Counted from the stretch's first letter, positions 40,419 to 54,326 are shown. The stretch is 64,000 nt of DNA from Felis catus (GCF_018350175.1 NC_058368.1:220102001-220166000); one strand, 5' to 3'. Translations and numbers: made by a program. The notes: generated by a model not told the origin, from the sequence alone.

Positions 40419-41559
40419 CCTAATCATTTTGATTGCACAACTGTGACCACCACACGGAGTGATCTAAAGACACATTAGGATGTAATCTTCTCATCATAAT
40501 GATCTCTGCAGGGAGGTGGAAGAATAATCAATCTCACATATGTTTGAGGTGTCCTAATCCTTAGAGCTCTGCTGCCTGAAGCAGTTCCATAGGTACATTA
40601 TTTCTTCAAAAGTCACTACTAGTCAAGTATAAGGCAAGATTTAAGTTTGACCTAAAAGTAATATTTGTGGCAGGAAAAAAATTAATATTTTGTATCTGTG
40701 ATTTAAAGTTCTATGGTTTTATGGGATTTCAAATCATTTATTATTTTCATAAATGATAGAGGTGTTTGTGTGTATCACATTAGGTCTTTGGTACAAACAC
40801 GTATTCAGAATCAGCTAATGTGATTCAAATGATTAAAAGAGCATGTATTATTACAACATACTAAAATTTTCACCAAGGTCAATTCATTATATGGTAATAT
40901 TTCATTCTGTTTTGTTTTAATTTTGTGAGAACTATGACAAAATTCATTAGTAATGTCTTACTGATAAGAGAGAATGTAATTATTGAAAATGACAAAGTCT
41001 CTAACACTTTGGTAAAGTATAAGACTATTTCTGTGCATTCGCCTCCTCATATGAAAATGGAACTTACAATGGTAGCCCCCCTTAGAGTTCTTGCAAGTGT
41101 TTAATAATTTAATATGTGTAATTTCATTGATCAGTGCTTGACCATCGGTATAGTCTTATGAAATGACAGAATATATTGGTTTTACATTTCAAGGACTCAT
41201 ATTTGATCCTTTTCTTTTATATTACATTGAGGATTCTCATGACTGCAATATAGCTCTTTGCTACTCACAATGTGGTCTGTGAACATAAGCATCTACCAGA
41301 AGCTTGTTAGAAATTCAGAACTTGGGGCATAATCCCAAACCTCCTGATCACAATTTGACTTTAATGTTTGTTAGGTGATTCCTATGTACAAAAATTTTGG
41401 GAGGTACCAATATAGGTTCTCCTTTAAGTTATTCTCTACACCACCTTATCTTACCATCTCTATATACCTAAATCAGTCCACTATTATCTCGTATTAGTTG
41501 ACATTTACTACCTGAAGCTTCCTTTTTTAACTTAGCTAAATAAAAATGTACACTTTCAT

Positions 41560-41765
41560 AGATAAAATGGATTAAGAGGTAAGACCTCCAGTTACAAAAT
41601 AAATAAGTAATGCAGATGAAAAGTACAGCAAAGAAAATATAGCCAGTAACATTGTATGGTCTTATCATGGTGAGCATTGAGAAAGGTATAGAATTGTTGA
41701 ATCAATATGTTGTCTACTTGAAACTGGTGTAATATTGTTCATTAATCATACTTTAATAAAAGTTT
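41560..41765 (+). mobile_element. Old L1 3' UTR fragment
   Basis: ccagttacaaaataaataagtaatgcagatgaaaagtacagca...aataaa. Confidence 0.75.
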
Positions 41766-42551
41766 TTAAAGTACAATTATAAAATGAAAGTCAAATTCAA
41801 AATGAAGTAGATGACTATATTAAACTTTAAAGCATAAAATATAAAAATGAAGGAGGAGGAAAAATAGGCAAATTGCATTTAAAGGCTCATCAATTTCTTG
41901 GAATTTATCAACCAAAAAAGCATATTCTTTCCTTTGCCATTCTATTTGTATTTACAGCCTGCAGTTTGATCAGATGTGAAGGGGAAAGTACAGTGAATGT
42001 GTACAAAATTTGATTGATGCTCTGTGTAACGGCTGGGCTATAGTGACTATTGCAAAGCACTGTCCTGCACTTTGGGGCTTTAAGAAAGCAAAACAAGAAA
42101 ATAGGAATTATTGTAGAGTTTCCTAGAGCAAAATGCATCAGAATACAACGTAAGTAAAACATGGTTCAAAGACTTCCACTCTACAGAAAGAGATTTAGAT
42201 TGTGATGTATATGAAATAAAATGCCTTAGATATATTCACCTACAAAATCACCCATAGGATACCAGGAGAGGGAGTCAAGTGAGGGATTGATGATGATGGG
42301 TTATTCAGAGAGATGGTTTAGGTTCCTAGCTATTATAATACAACCTGATTGCAAAAACCATCTGTGGTTTTTCTGGGAAAGAATCTGTAACACCGACATT
42401 AGTTTATTCTCCATGTGTTTCTTACACAACTTATCTTTTCTTTTTTTCTAAACTCCTGACTTATATTGGTATTACCCTTCCAACATTCTTTGACTCTCTG
42501 TTATATGGGATGATTCATATTATTATACAACGTCTGCCTTCCCATCTTTAG

Positions 42552-42554
<3 letters not shown>

Positions 42555-42596
<42 letters not shown>
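42555..42596. repeat. (CA)n microsatellite
   Basis: Direct reading. Confidence 0.95.
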
Positions 42597-42598
<2 letters not shown>

Positions 42599-42649
42599 TG
42601 TGACTTCCTTTTGAAGTGATAGGGCTTCTGGAATCTGAGTTTATATTAG

Positions 42650-42721
42650 TGTATTAATCAGGATTTCACAGAGAAACAGAGCCAATAGGATATACAGGTA
42701 GATAGATACATTGGTAGTAGG

Positions 42722-42763
<42 letters not shown>

Positions 42764-43626
42764 TAGACAGATAGATATAAATATATATGTAAAGAAATTT
42801 ATTTCAAAAAATAAAATCATTCAATTGTGGAGGCTTTGTGAGTGCAGAATCTGATGGGGGGGGGGGATGCCTAGAGACTACAGACTCAGTAAAACATTGC
42901 TGTTAAAGTCCAAGATAATATGCTGGAGAATTCCCTTTTGCTAGGTGAGGTCAGTCTTAGTTCTTTTCAAACTAAAGGCCTTAAACTGATTGGACAAGGT
43001 CCATTCACATTCTGGAGGATAATCTGCTTTACTCAAAGTTTACAAATTTATTTATTTTTATTTTATTTAAATCCAAGTTAGTTAATATATAGTATAATAA
43101 TGGTTTCAGGAGTAGAATTTGGTGATTCATCACTTACATATCACACCCCGTGTTTATCCCAACAAGTGCACTCCTTAATGCCCATCACCCATTTAGCCCA
43201 TCTCCCCACCCAACACCCCTCCAGCAACCATCAGTTGTTCTCTGTATTTAAGAATCCCATGGTTTGCCTCCCTCTCTGTTTTCATCTTATTTGTCCTTCC
43301 CTCCTCCTATGTTCATCTGTTTTGTTTCTTAAATTCCACATATAGGTGAAGTCATATATTTGTCTTTCTGTGACTGACTTATTTTGCTTAGCATAATATA
43401 TTCAAGTTCCATTCACATTGTTGCAAATGGCAAGATTTCATTCTTTTTGACTGTTGAGTAATATTCCATTGTATATACATACCACTTCTTTATCCATTCA
43501 TCAAAGTTTACAGATTTAAATATATATCTCACCAAAACCACCCTCACAGAAGCATGAAGAATAATATTTTACCAAATATTTGAGTGTTGTGCCTAGACAT
43601 GTTGACAAATAGAAATAATCATCATA
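42650..43626 (-). mobile_element. MLT2-family LTR with (GATA)n, split by an L1 insertion
   Basis: Termini tgtattaatcaggatttcacagagaaacag and gttgacaaatagaaataatcatcata; homologous to 675-1356. Confidence 0.8.
43051..43500 (-). mobile_element. Short carnivore L1 3' end nested in MLT2
   Basis: 18-bp TSD tcaaagtttaca(a/g)attta at 43033 and 43501. Confidence 0.92.
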
Positions 43627-44520
43627 ATTGTTTAAAAAAGGAATTTTGAAAAGTGACAGAACAGATTAAAGTCTGCCTAAACACATTGGGTAAAATTGTA
43701 AAGATGATACCTCAAAAAAACTGACATCTAAAAAGAGCAGTTAACTCCACAATATGGGTTATTATTCTAGACTGAACTTGTTAGCATGCCATCTTTCTTC
43801 ATCAGACTTCATTTATAACACTTTATATCATTTTTATATCCATAGTATTTAACAATGTTAATGTAAAATGTATGTATATGTGTATTTGTATTTCTTGTTC
43901 ACAGTCTCAGTAGACTACATCTGTAATCCATTCACTTAATTGTTCATTCAAAATATTTATTGATTACTTACTTGTGTCAGACACTAATTTAAATGTTTGG
44001 GAAACACGCAGTAAAGACAATGGAAAAATTATAATCATTCACCACATTTCTTAAGTTAGGAAACTCAAAATATTTCAGCATCTTGAACATTTTTATCTTG
44101 AAATTCCACCTGTTACATATCACATATCTCTTGAATATATTTTTTTCTCCCTTTCAACTTGTCTAAGTTGCTTACCTCACTGGTCAATTACTTTCAATTC
44201 CTTTTCCTTGAACTCACATGTGCCACAGCTTGCCAACCATAGAAAATAATTCTAACAGGCACATTTCTCTATTTCCTTGCAGCCAACACTAAATGTAAAC
44301 AAATAAACAAACAACCAAAAGCCAACAAATAACACAGAAACCCAAAACCAAAGAACATTCACTTTAAGTCACCTTTGATGATGACATTCACTTATGATGT
44401 CTATTCTGCAGCTTGCCTCAACTGAGTGGGGTAAAATATTCTGCTATGTGTCTTCTTACCATCAGTCTTGCACAATATAGTCCAGTATCCACACAACAGA
44501 GAGTGAGTGTTAAAAATCGC

Positions 44521-44707
44521 ATTTATTTATTTTTAATGTGTACTTATTTTTGAGAGAGAGGGAGAGAGCAAGAGAGAGCAAGCACAAGTGGAGAAGGGGC
44601 AGAGAGAGAATAGAGGATCTGAAATGTGGGGCTAGAACTCAGGAAACCATGGGATCATGACCTGAGCCGAAGTCGGATACTCAACAGACTGAGGCATCCA
44701 AGTGCCC
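44521..44707 (-). mobile_element. Decayed Can-SINE
   Basis: gatcatgacctgagccgaagtcgga motif, (GA)n. Confidence 0.85.
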
Positions 44708-45762
44708 GAAAAGTCAAATTTCAATGTTGGTCACTTGCTTCCTTCAACTAAAATAAATTATGTATCTAAGTTGCCTACACAGCCCCTTACAGCTCTCTGC
44801 CTGAACCTTATTCCACTTATTAACATAGTCTTCTCCAGCCATATGGAACTCAAGAATGTGCATATTTTGTCCTAATACTCTGAATCTTGAACATGCACTT
44901 CCAACTACCAGGGATACTTTGTCCTGATTAACAATTCATATACATATTTGAGGCTTCTGCTTAATCATCAATTTCATAAGGATGCTTCCCTAACTCCTAA
45001 TTATTATAGATATTATTACATGATCCCTTAACTTTGTACTTCACTTAATAGCACATCAGCATATATCATTATTTGTTTGTTAGCTATATTTCCCAATCAG
45101 ACAATAAGCTTCATAAAATACATAATCTGGTCTGTCTTACTTATTCCAGTGCTTTAGCAATAAGATTTGAATACAGCATGTGTTGAATTAATAATTGTTG
45201 AATTAATAAAGGAGTAAAAGATTATTTATAGACATAGAAACAAGTACTTAAAAAAGAGTAAGTAGTTTTCAATGACCCATACATTCCCATTTAGTCCCTA
45301 TTCATACTCTAATGTGAATCTACTACATTGTTTTCATTCTCAAACAATGCCTTATCCCCTCTTTAAATTGTATGGATCAAATTGCAACTTCTCCTTGTAC
45401 ATTTTCTTAGCTTCCTTTGTGTGTTCTTATTCAGATCATCCTGGACAAAATCTCTTGCTTGAGTTTGCCATAAAACCTAGTCCATTCATGTTCGGCAAAT
45501 GATTCCATTTCCAGAACCTTTAGTCTTACATTACCAAACATTTCATTTTCATTTTGATTCTCCTTGTGTCAAATCTTCTAATTATTTTTTCCTTTTTGAT
45601 TATCTAGCATTTGTTACTACCTAAAATTATTTATGTATTATCCAGACCAAAATGGAAGCTCTTTGAGAGCAGCAAATTTGTTATGTTATTATCCACTGAT
45701 TCTCCAGTTCCTAGATCAATGTTTGGCATATGCTAAAAATTAATAAATAATACTGTTTTATT

Positions 45763-45931
45763 TTTTTTAATTTTTTTTCAACGTTTATTTATTTTTGGGA
45801 CAGAGAGAGACAGAGCATGAACGGGTGAGGGGCAGAGAGAGAGGGAGACACAGAATCGGAAACAGGCTCCAGGCTCTGAGCCATCAGCCCAGAGCCTGAC
45901 GCGGGGCTCGAACTCACGGACCGCGAGATCG
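45763..45931 (-). mobile_element. 5'-truncated very young Can-SINE
   Basis: Perfect 17-bp TSD aataatactgttttatt (45746, 45932); the element stops at ccgcgagatcg. Confidence 0.97.
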
Positions 45932-48648
45932 AATAATACTGTTTTATTGATTGACCGCGTCATGTGCCCTTATATATTTTAAAATATTTTTGAAGATATA
46001 TCCTTTTAAGAACAGTGGAAAATAATGTGAATAATAATTGTTTTCAATTATTTTTTAAAACTACTGATTAAGTGATAAAACCATTTTATATGATCACCTG
46101 GAGTTATAAATAGGGTATTTGTAATCAGATAAAATACATTTTACTTTTGTCTGATAACAGCATGTTTAGGAAATCATAAACTTGGTAAGACAAATTCTTA
46201 AGTATACCATCATAGATATTACCAAAATGTGCTACACTACATAGGTCAACTGTAAAAATTAACGAAGGCTAATGGTTCCAAGAATAAAGTGTCAGCTTGT
46301 CAGGGAGGATTACACAAAGCTCCATGAATGTAATTCTTTGACGTTTCAGTGACCTCATCAATAAAACACGGACAATAAATTCTCTCTCATCTGGGGTGAT
46401 TTTGAAGATTTAAAGAAACATCACATATGAAAGGCTTAAGATATTTCCTAACATGTATTAAATACTAAATGATACCCATTAGTATTGTACCCATATTAGT
46501 GGATATGAGGATATGACATCTCATACTGAATCATTAATATTTAGATACGTAGGTTAAAATATTTATTCTATATTCGATGTATGGATATGTTTTGAATTCA
46601 AGTGCAAAATTAAACATGACCTCTGAAATAAGATGAGATGTTACACTTTCTATGATAGCCTTTAGTTATTTCTGAAATTCCAGAATTACAGTTTCATTGC
46701 CTACTGATATTTAGTGAATCAGAGGGGAGAAAATAATCAAGAAGCACATAACTTACATGAAAGAAACTCAAGGATGTATATGTAGTATTATATAAAATTT
46801 TTGATGATTTATTTTATATAGAAGCCTGAGCAATTTAGACTCTAACTGCCCTTGGCCATAGGATAAAGTAAACAAAGATTATATCTTATTTTTCTTTTAA
46901 AATGAATTGTCTAAATCTTTTACTGAGTTGACTAGGGTACATCCATAGCATGTAGCATGACTTCATTCATTAAATAAACATGTTGTGTCAAATATATGTT
47001 ACTCTCAATTCCAATTTGAATTATAAAATGAAAGAAACTATATAAAATACAAATTAGCTAAATACATTACTGGAATGGCCTATCATTTGTGTGCAAGAGA
47101 GGGAATTGAAACAAGTGGTGAGAATGACCACTTTTTCGCTTATTTGATAATTCTTGTTTCCGTATAGTATATATAATTAAAACTTGAATATATTTTCCTA
47201 TTATCATCCTTTATCACAGTTTTAAACAGATATTTTAACACTAAACCTTTCCAATGGAAAACAAGTTCAACTGGTGAGGCAGAAGGAGATTGAAAATAAC
47301 ACTTACAAAAAACATAAACATCTGCTCCAGGAACCTTTACTTGCTGAGTAATATGCAGTATTTCATTATATGCAATATTACTCAGCTCTGAAAAATGTGT
47401 ACAGAACATAGTGCTCAGACTTTGCTGTTTTGAAAGAGATTTTTGAAGTTCTTTCCACTAATCCACTAAGGGTTTCACATTGGACAAATTATTTTGCTTG
47501 GACCAACTTTGGTTTCCTCATTTTTAAGATGTAAATTATAATAGTGTCAGCTTAAATAATCAATATAAGAACTATATGACATGTAAATCACTTATTACAC
47601 TGATATTAATAGTGAACATTGGATAGATTAGTTCCTATTGTTATTCCAATCAATAATGAAAATATTGAATTCAATTAATAAACGCTGGAATCCCTTTTCA
47701 ACTTACCTACTTGGTTATATGGCCATCACATTTTTTTAAGTAAATTTAATTAGAGCTGCAGAACATATACATATATTTAACTAAAGATTAACATTACATA
47801 CTTTCTTATAAAATACATTTTAATGAAACAGTATAAATGTAGAGCAGGAATAAATTCTGAATAATCAGAGGTTTTATTTTAAAAATCTCAAATATCTACA
47901 AATATTACCATTCATTGAGTTGACTAAAAGATGCTGTTGGAAATAATCATTTACATTTCTCCTGCTTCCTTTTTATTCTCCATTTGGCCTGTAATTACTT
48001 AAGGTTGCTATCAGTAGAACATTTCCCACTGTGCATCCCTATGAAATAATTGCACCACACGGCAAATAAAAGGTTTATATTCAGACTGTTATTTTGGGTT
48101 CTTCAGCAACACAAATGCACCTGTTCTCAACACAATTAGGATAGGCCATATTGAAGATAATCAAAACAAATAATGAAAAATGGTTTGCTTGATTTGCAAA
48201 ATAAGGCATAATGCCTACTCAGACACTGGCAAAGCTTTGATAGTGATGCTGTGTGGAATTAACATATTTAATGAAAATTGATTTTGTTTATGTACAGAGG
48301 TAATGGATATGCCTGCATAATTTCTGGGCACTGGCTCTTAGTTATTAATTATTATTTTATAATTTACCCAAGACAATTCAAGCCAAAGGTAGCATCTGTT
48401 TGGCACTGAGGTTCTACTTAGATTTAATTTTCCAGTTCAAGAGAAATAGCTAGAGAGAGTCAAATAATCTATTCAAGGTCAGAAAAACAGTAATCTGCCT
48501 TGATTAGTGATCTACTGCAGCTCAGATAGTGAATTACAGGAGTTAACCAGCAAAATAAATTATTGTCAATGTACTATGCAGAGAAAAAAGTGGGAGAGTA
48601 GATAAAGAATTAAGACTGATACTTGTTTTCTGTATGTGTGTGTGTGTG

Positions 48649-48667
48649 TTTAAAGTTTATTTATTTT

Positions 48668-48715
<48 letters not shown>

Positions 48716-48886
48716 GGGAGAGAGAGAAAAAAAGAGAGAGAAAGAGAGAGAGAGAGAATCTCAAGTAGGTTCCACACTGTCAGCACAGAGCCTGATTCTG
48801 GGCTCAGTCTAACAGAACCAAGAGATCATGACCTAAGACAAAATCAAGAGTCGGACGCTTAACTGACTAAGCCACCCAGGCATCCC
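48649..48886 (-). mobile_element. Older Can-SINE with expanded (GA)n
   Basis: Head ends gccacccaggcatccc. Confidence 0.92.
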
Positions 48887-48916
48887 TGAATTTAACTTTT
48901 AGAAAACTTGATTTAT

Positions 48917-49161
48917 GGGGCGCTTGGGTGGCTCAGTCGGTTCAGTAGCCAACTTCGGCTCAGGTCATGATCTCACGGTCCGTGAGTTCGAGCTCCACGT
49001 CGGGCTCTGTGCTGACAGCTCGAAGCCTGGAGCCTGTTTCAGATTCTGTGTCTCCCTCTCTCTGACCCTCCCCCATTCATGCTCTGTGTCTCTCTGTCTC
49101 AAAAATAAATAAACATTAAAAAAAAATTTTTAATAAATAAATAAACATTAAAAAAAAATTT
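48917..49161 (+). mobile_element. Can-SINE with duplicated tail
   Basis: TSD aaaacttgattta at 48903 and 49162. Confidence 0.95.
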
Positions 49162-49613
49162 AAAACTTGATTTAAAAAACTAAGCCTCTGAATCACTATC
49201 CAGATTGGTACATCTACTAAAAATTGGCCAATTTATGTATCCTTGATATTTGCAATAGAGCTTTTGCAGTTTAAAATTCATGGTAACATTTAATTCCATT
49301 CCAAACAATAATTGCAATAGAGATTTTGTTAACATTATTACTTCACAGAAGTAATCTGTAATAAAATTGTATCAGGAAATTGAGATGAAGAGAGAATATT
49401 ATAAAATTGAAACATATAATAAGTGACGTTAGGAGTCAGATGTTTTGACTACTGTATAATCCAGGACTGTGTATCTATGTAATTCTGTAGTAACTCTCTA
49501 ATATTAATATTGCTGTAAAGCTTAGAATGTAGCTCAATCAATATTGGATTAAATGAATTGTACTGAATTCTCTTGCTCTTTCTATTATACACTACTTTCT
49601 CATTCAGATACAA

Positions 49614-49807
49614 TTTTTTAATGTTTATTTAAATTATTTTATAGAGAGCAGGAGGGGCGGGGAGGGTGGAGAGAGAGAATCCCAAGCAGGCTCCATGCTG
49701 TTAATGCAGAGCCTGATGAGTGGCTCAATCCCACCAATTGTGAGATCATGACCTGAACTGAAATCAAGAGTTGGACATTTAAATAACCGTTCCACCCAGG
49801 TGCCCCC
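49614..49807 (-). mobile_element. Older Can-SINE
   Basis: gagagaatcccaagcaggctcc motif; TSD-like gataca.ttttt. Confidence 0.9.
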
Positions 49808-50408
49808 TGATACATTTTTTTTTTAAATGCAGTGTCATGTTTCCAAGTATATTTCTTTATTAAACTTTGCAACTTTGTAGAAAATTATCTCAGGCACCAA
49901 GCTGTTTTGAGTTCCCAGCTTGGCCTGTCACTAAATCGCTCCAAAAATATAGTGCAAATACTACTTTTAAGGAATATTTGTCTTCCTTTAGATAGTTAAG
50001 TTATAGGACTAGTTAAAAATAGAATATATTAAATCACACTGCAAGACAATCCATCTAATCTTGGCTTTGTGTCTTATAATATACAATTATACATACTAAA
50101 TATACTATGAAACCCATGCAGAATTTAAAAGGAATAGTCTCTAGTATTAATAACAATTCTATATTTTAGCCTGGTATTTTTAGAGCAGTTATCTCTCCCC
50201 TTGTATAGCATATATTTTGATTTATTTTAAGAATAAGATTTCAGATAAATTTCTCTAAAGACTAATATGTAATATACTAAATAACATAAACTTGAACATT
50301 TATCAACCAGAAAAAGGTAAAGAGAATAGGCTGCCTCCTCATTCCTGTAGACACAAATACTATCACTTGAGTTTAACAATTTTATCTAAGTATGTGCTCT
50401 TTATCTTT

Positions 50409-50412
<4 letters not shown>

Positions 50413-50454
<42 letters not shown>

Positions 50455-50975
50455 CACATCTTTTTTTTATGTATTCATCTAATGATAGACACTTAGTTTG
50501 CTTTCAGATATTGGCTATTGTAAATAATGCTGCAATAAACATAGGGGCACATATATCTCATTGAATTGGTGTTTTGTTTTATATGGATAAACACCCAGAA
50601 GTAGAATTGTTTGTTCTCAATGGCATTTTTCACAGACCTAGAAAAAATAATTCTAAAATTTTGAAGAGCTAACGCCATCTTGAGAAGGAAGAACAAAGCT
50701 GGAGGTATCATGCACCCTGATTTGAAACTACACTAGTAAGCTATAGCAATCAAAACAGTATGGTACTGGCAGAAAAATAGGCACATAGATCAATGGAATA
50801 AAGAGCCCAGTAATAAACCCATGCATAGAAGGCCAATTAATCTATGACAAAGGAGGGGATAATATACAATGTGGAAAAGACAGTCTCTTCAATAAATGGT
50901 GTTGGGAAAATTGACAGCTACATGCAAATGAATGAAAGTGAACTGCTGTCTTGTACCATACACAAAAATAAGATC
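50413..50975 (-). mobile_element. Rearranged L1 fragment: minus-strand piece (50452-~50610) joined to a plus-strand ORF2 piece (~50617-50975), with (CA)n at 50413-50451
   Basis: Left piece has ttggctattgtaaataatgctgcaataaacatagggg (L1 antisense). Right piece has gaacaaagctggaggtatca...aaaacagtatggtactggc...caataaatggtgttgggaaaa (L1 sense). Confidence 0.85.
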
Positions 50976-50995
50976 TCCGTTTTTATCATGTTTCT

Positions 50996-51209
50996 TTTTT
51001 TTCAGTTTATTGTTGTTAATTTTTAGAACGATAACAAAGAGTAAGCAGGGGAGGGGCAGAGAGAGAAGGAGACAGAATCCCAAGAAGGCTCCACACTGTC
51101 AGTGCTGAGCCCAATGAGACGTGGGGTTCCAACTCAGGAACCATGAGATCATGACCAGAGCCAAAATCAAGAGTCAGACACTTAACCAAATGAGCCACCT
51201 AGGCACCCC
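50996..51209 (-). mobile_element. Older Can-SINE
   Basis: TSD tatcat(g/a)tttct. Confidence 0.92.
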
Positions 51210-52238
51210 TATCATATTTCTTACAAGAAGTTGATCAGAGTTTTATAAGCCAGAAGGTACATAACATGACTTAAATTCTTCTGAAAATAGTAATATGAAT
51301 TAAAAATTGTAAGCATATATGTTTAATTTAGATGTATGAACAATACCCATAAAGTAACACTTAATAGAATCCATAACTTTTGTAGGTAAGGTTGGAAAAT
51401 AGTGTACTTTTACAGAATGAAACACTCTTTAGTCAAAATGGGGAAGATAGGAAAATGTGCCAGAAAGATTATCAAATCAATACTTTACAATATGTCACTG
51501 TTAAGCTTCACTTTCTTTTCATCAAATCTCTAATTGGAAACACACTATACAGTTAAAAAGTCATCAAATTTCATGTTCATTCTATGAAAAATCAGAAGTC
51601 TAAAGATAGAGAAATTATTAAAAAACATGTTTACACCCTGCTCCCTTATTATAGGAAATGATTATTTGACAAACAAAGAACTGTAGCTATGAAAAATGCC
51701 AGAATATGTTCACAGATGCAAAATAGCTTGATTACACTCTACTTCAATTGGGAGTCCAAAAACAGCTGATTCAGTGGGTGCTTATTAAAGCCAGCTTCTG
51801 AAAAAGAGCTGTCAACGATTCAATTTTCTAAGGAAAAAAATGTTCAAAGGAGAGAGAAATGGGTCTAAAATTGTCACCTTTCAGAACTAAATATCTTGAG
51901 CACTAAAGGCTTACTCTGATTAACATTTACACAAATATTTTCCTTTTCCATTTTAACACGTTCTGAACTTTATAAATTTGGGGGTGGAGTGGAAAGTGTG
52001 ACCTGTTTTTCCTGTGCATTAAGTTCTGTGGTTACTCTTCTCAGGATTAAAGCGTAAAGAAATATTATGTATGTCTAGAAGAAACAGAAGGAAATCTAAA
52101 GTTTCTTCCAGAAGCTTTCAGTAGAATTTAACTTTTAAGTCATTAATTGCATGGGTCTTGATAGACATAGCCTTGATAAAATAAATATCATTGATATTCT
52201 TTCAAATGGAGCATCTCCTCTTAGAAATGTTTTTCTAT

Positions 52239-52470
52239 GGGGCGCCTGGGTGGTTCAGTCGGTTGAGCCTCAGACTTCTGCTTAGGTCATGATCTCACAG
52301 TCTGTGAGTTTGAGCCCCACGTCGGGCTCTGTGCTGACAGCTCGGAGCCTGGAACCTGCTTGGGATTCTGTGTCTCCCTCTCTCTCTGCCCCTCCCCTGC
52401 TCATGCTCTGTCTCTCTCTCTCTCTCTGTCAAAAATAAATAAACATTAAAAAAATAATAAATAAAAAAAA
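52239..52470 (+). mobile_element. Can-SINE
   Basis: TSD gaaatgtttttct at 52224 and 52472. Confidence 0.95.
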
Positions 52471-52762
52471 GGAAATGTTTTTCTTAGGCACTCCAATTTC
52501 AGGTCTAGAATTGAGCTAATGGTTTTGAAGAATCCTACCTGAAACACAGGGCTGTGGGGAAGTTGTGCAGTGCTCCTATGTACAGAATCAAAAGCTGACT
52601 AGAGAATAGAAGTTCCAAAATTGTTACATCGTTCTTTGTCTACTTATTACCTTCTCAATAAGGTAAAACTATTTAAAACTACCACTGGTAGTTGGAAGAA
52701 CTTTACTTAAACCTGCTTCTTTGCTTCTTCACCGTGTGCTAATTAATATATATACACTCCCA

Positions 52763-53180
52763 TAGTTAAAATAAAAAAGAGACCAGCCTTGAAAATTCCC
52801 AGAGCAGACAAAACTAGTTTAGTCATCCAAATAAAGCTTAGTCTAGCTTATTTTGCAAGACTAACTTCACCTGGGTCATTTCTTGTTTATGCCTCTAGAA
52901 ATCATAAGCAAAACTTAAACTGCTTCCCAAGGTTGATAGGAGGCAACCACTGACCAATTCACTATCATTTCAGAAAATTCTAATAGTATAGCCAATCACT
53001 GTGAAGAGGAAATAGTCACTGCCTTCTCACTAGATAAGCTGCTTCATGACAATATACCCCAGAGCCTCATTTCATGTTTTAGTTTGAGTGCTCCTGGAAT
53101 TCAAACTGTCTTTGTGGCAGATGCATAATAAACTTTTACTAATTACTATTTCAGAGACTCATTGGTTTTACTTCCATTTC
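52763..53180 (+). mobile_element. Probable ERV1-class solo LTR
   Basis: LTR-like order of two CCAAT motifs (gaccaattc, agccaatca), a TATA-like agataag, then aataaa and a T-rich U5-like end. Family not identified. Confidence 0.45.
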
Positions 53181-54326
53181 TGAACTTTTTAAAATATAAA
53201 ATATTATTATATACATAGTATTAGATATAAATGTGTATAACATACATAATGTATAAAAGTGTATTTAAGATTAATTCTAAAAGTTATTGAAAAATTGGTA
53301 TCTGTCCATTAGAATTGCAAGTTTTGAGTTCCAAAAAAGGGAACACTCTATGTTATTTGTTTTCAACATGAAACAAAGAATGCCTAAGGAATATATTTGA
53401 GTAAATAATAAATCAAACTAAGAAAACATCTCTCTGCACAGATTCAAAATAATTTCTCCTGGGTGGTGAATGTGTCAGACGTACAGAGAATAATATTACA
53501 CACAATATCCAGGACTATGGGATTAGTGCTGGGAACAACTCTGAATATTATAATATTACATAAACATTTCTTATACAGTATATTTGGTTAAAAACCATAC
53601 TGTGATGTTTAGAAGATATTTCTACAGTGATACTGCACACAAATTTATGTACCCATATTTAAATAATGTTTTTCATAACTGTAAATAAAGATGTGTATCC
53701 TTATTTTTATTTAAAAATATTACTTTAGCTGAAAAATTGCATATATAGTATTTTCAACCTTATCTTTTATTTTTTCTCGTTACTAGTCTCTGTCAAATAA
53801 AAAGATGAAGTGACTGGTTTTATATTGCTCAGATATAGGGAATTTATGACAGAAACCTTATGAACTCAGATTATGAAATTCAGGGAAATGTTCTTACAGA
53901 ATTACAACTGCAGTTTTGAATTTTTGAAATTTTGATTAATTGCAAAATTTCACTTTTTAATTTTCTTACTCTTCTCAATGATTATTCTATAACGATGTAA
54001 TTTCAAAGCATTAAAAATAAAAGGAATTTTCACATGCATCATCTCATATACACAGGAAGGACAGGCATTATTTTCTTTAATTAGAATATGCACAAGGAGG
54101 GTTAGAGAATTTGAGATTTGCTTAAAGCTACTCTTACGCACTGAGTAAAAATAATAAATGATACATAATATATAATAAATAATATATTGTCAAATAATAA
54201 ATTGTGAGCCAGGTCATTCTGTAGTAACCATCATCCCAAAATCTCAAGGTATAGCACAGTAAAATTTCTATTTTGCTCATGGAAGAAGTCAGGGTCCTGG
54301 GTTGTACATAATTATATGTATAAATA

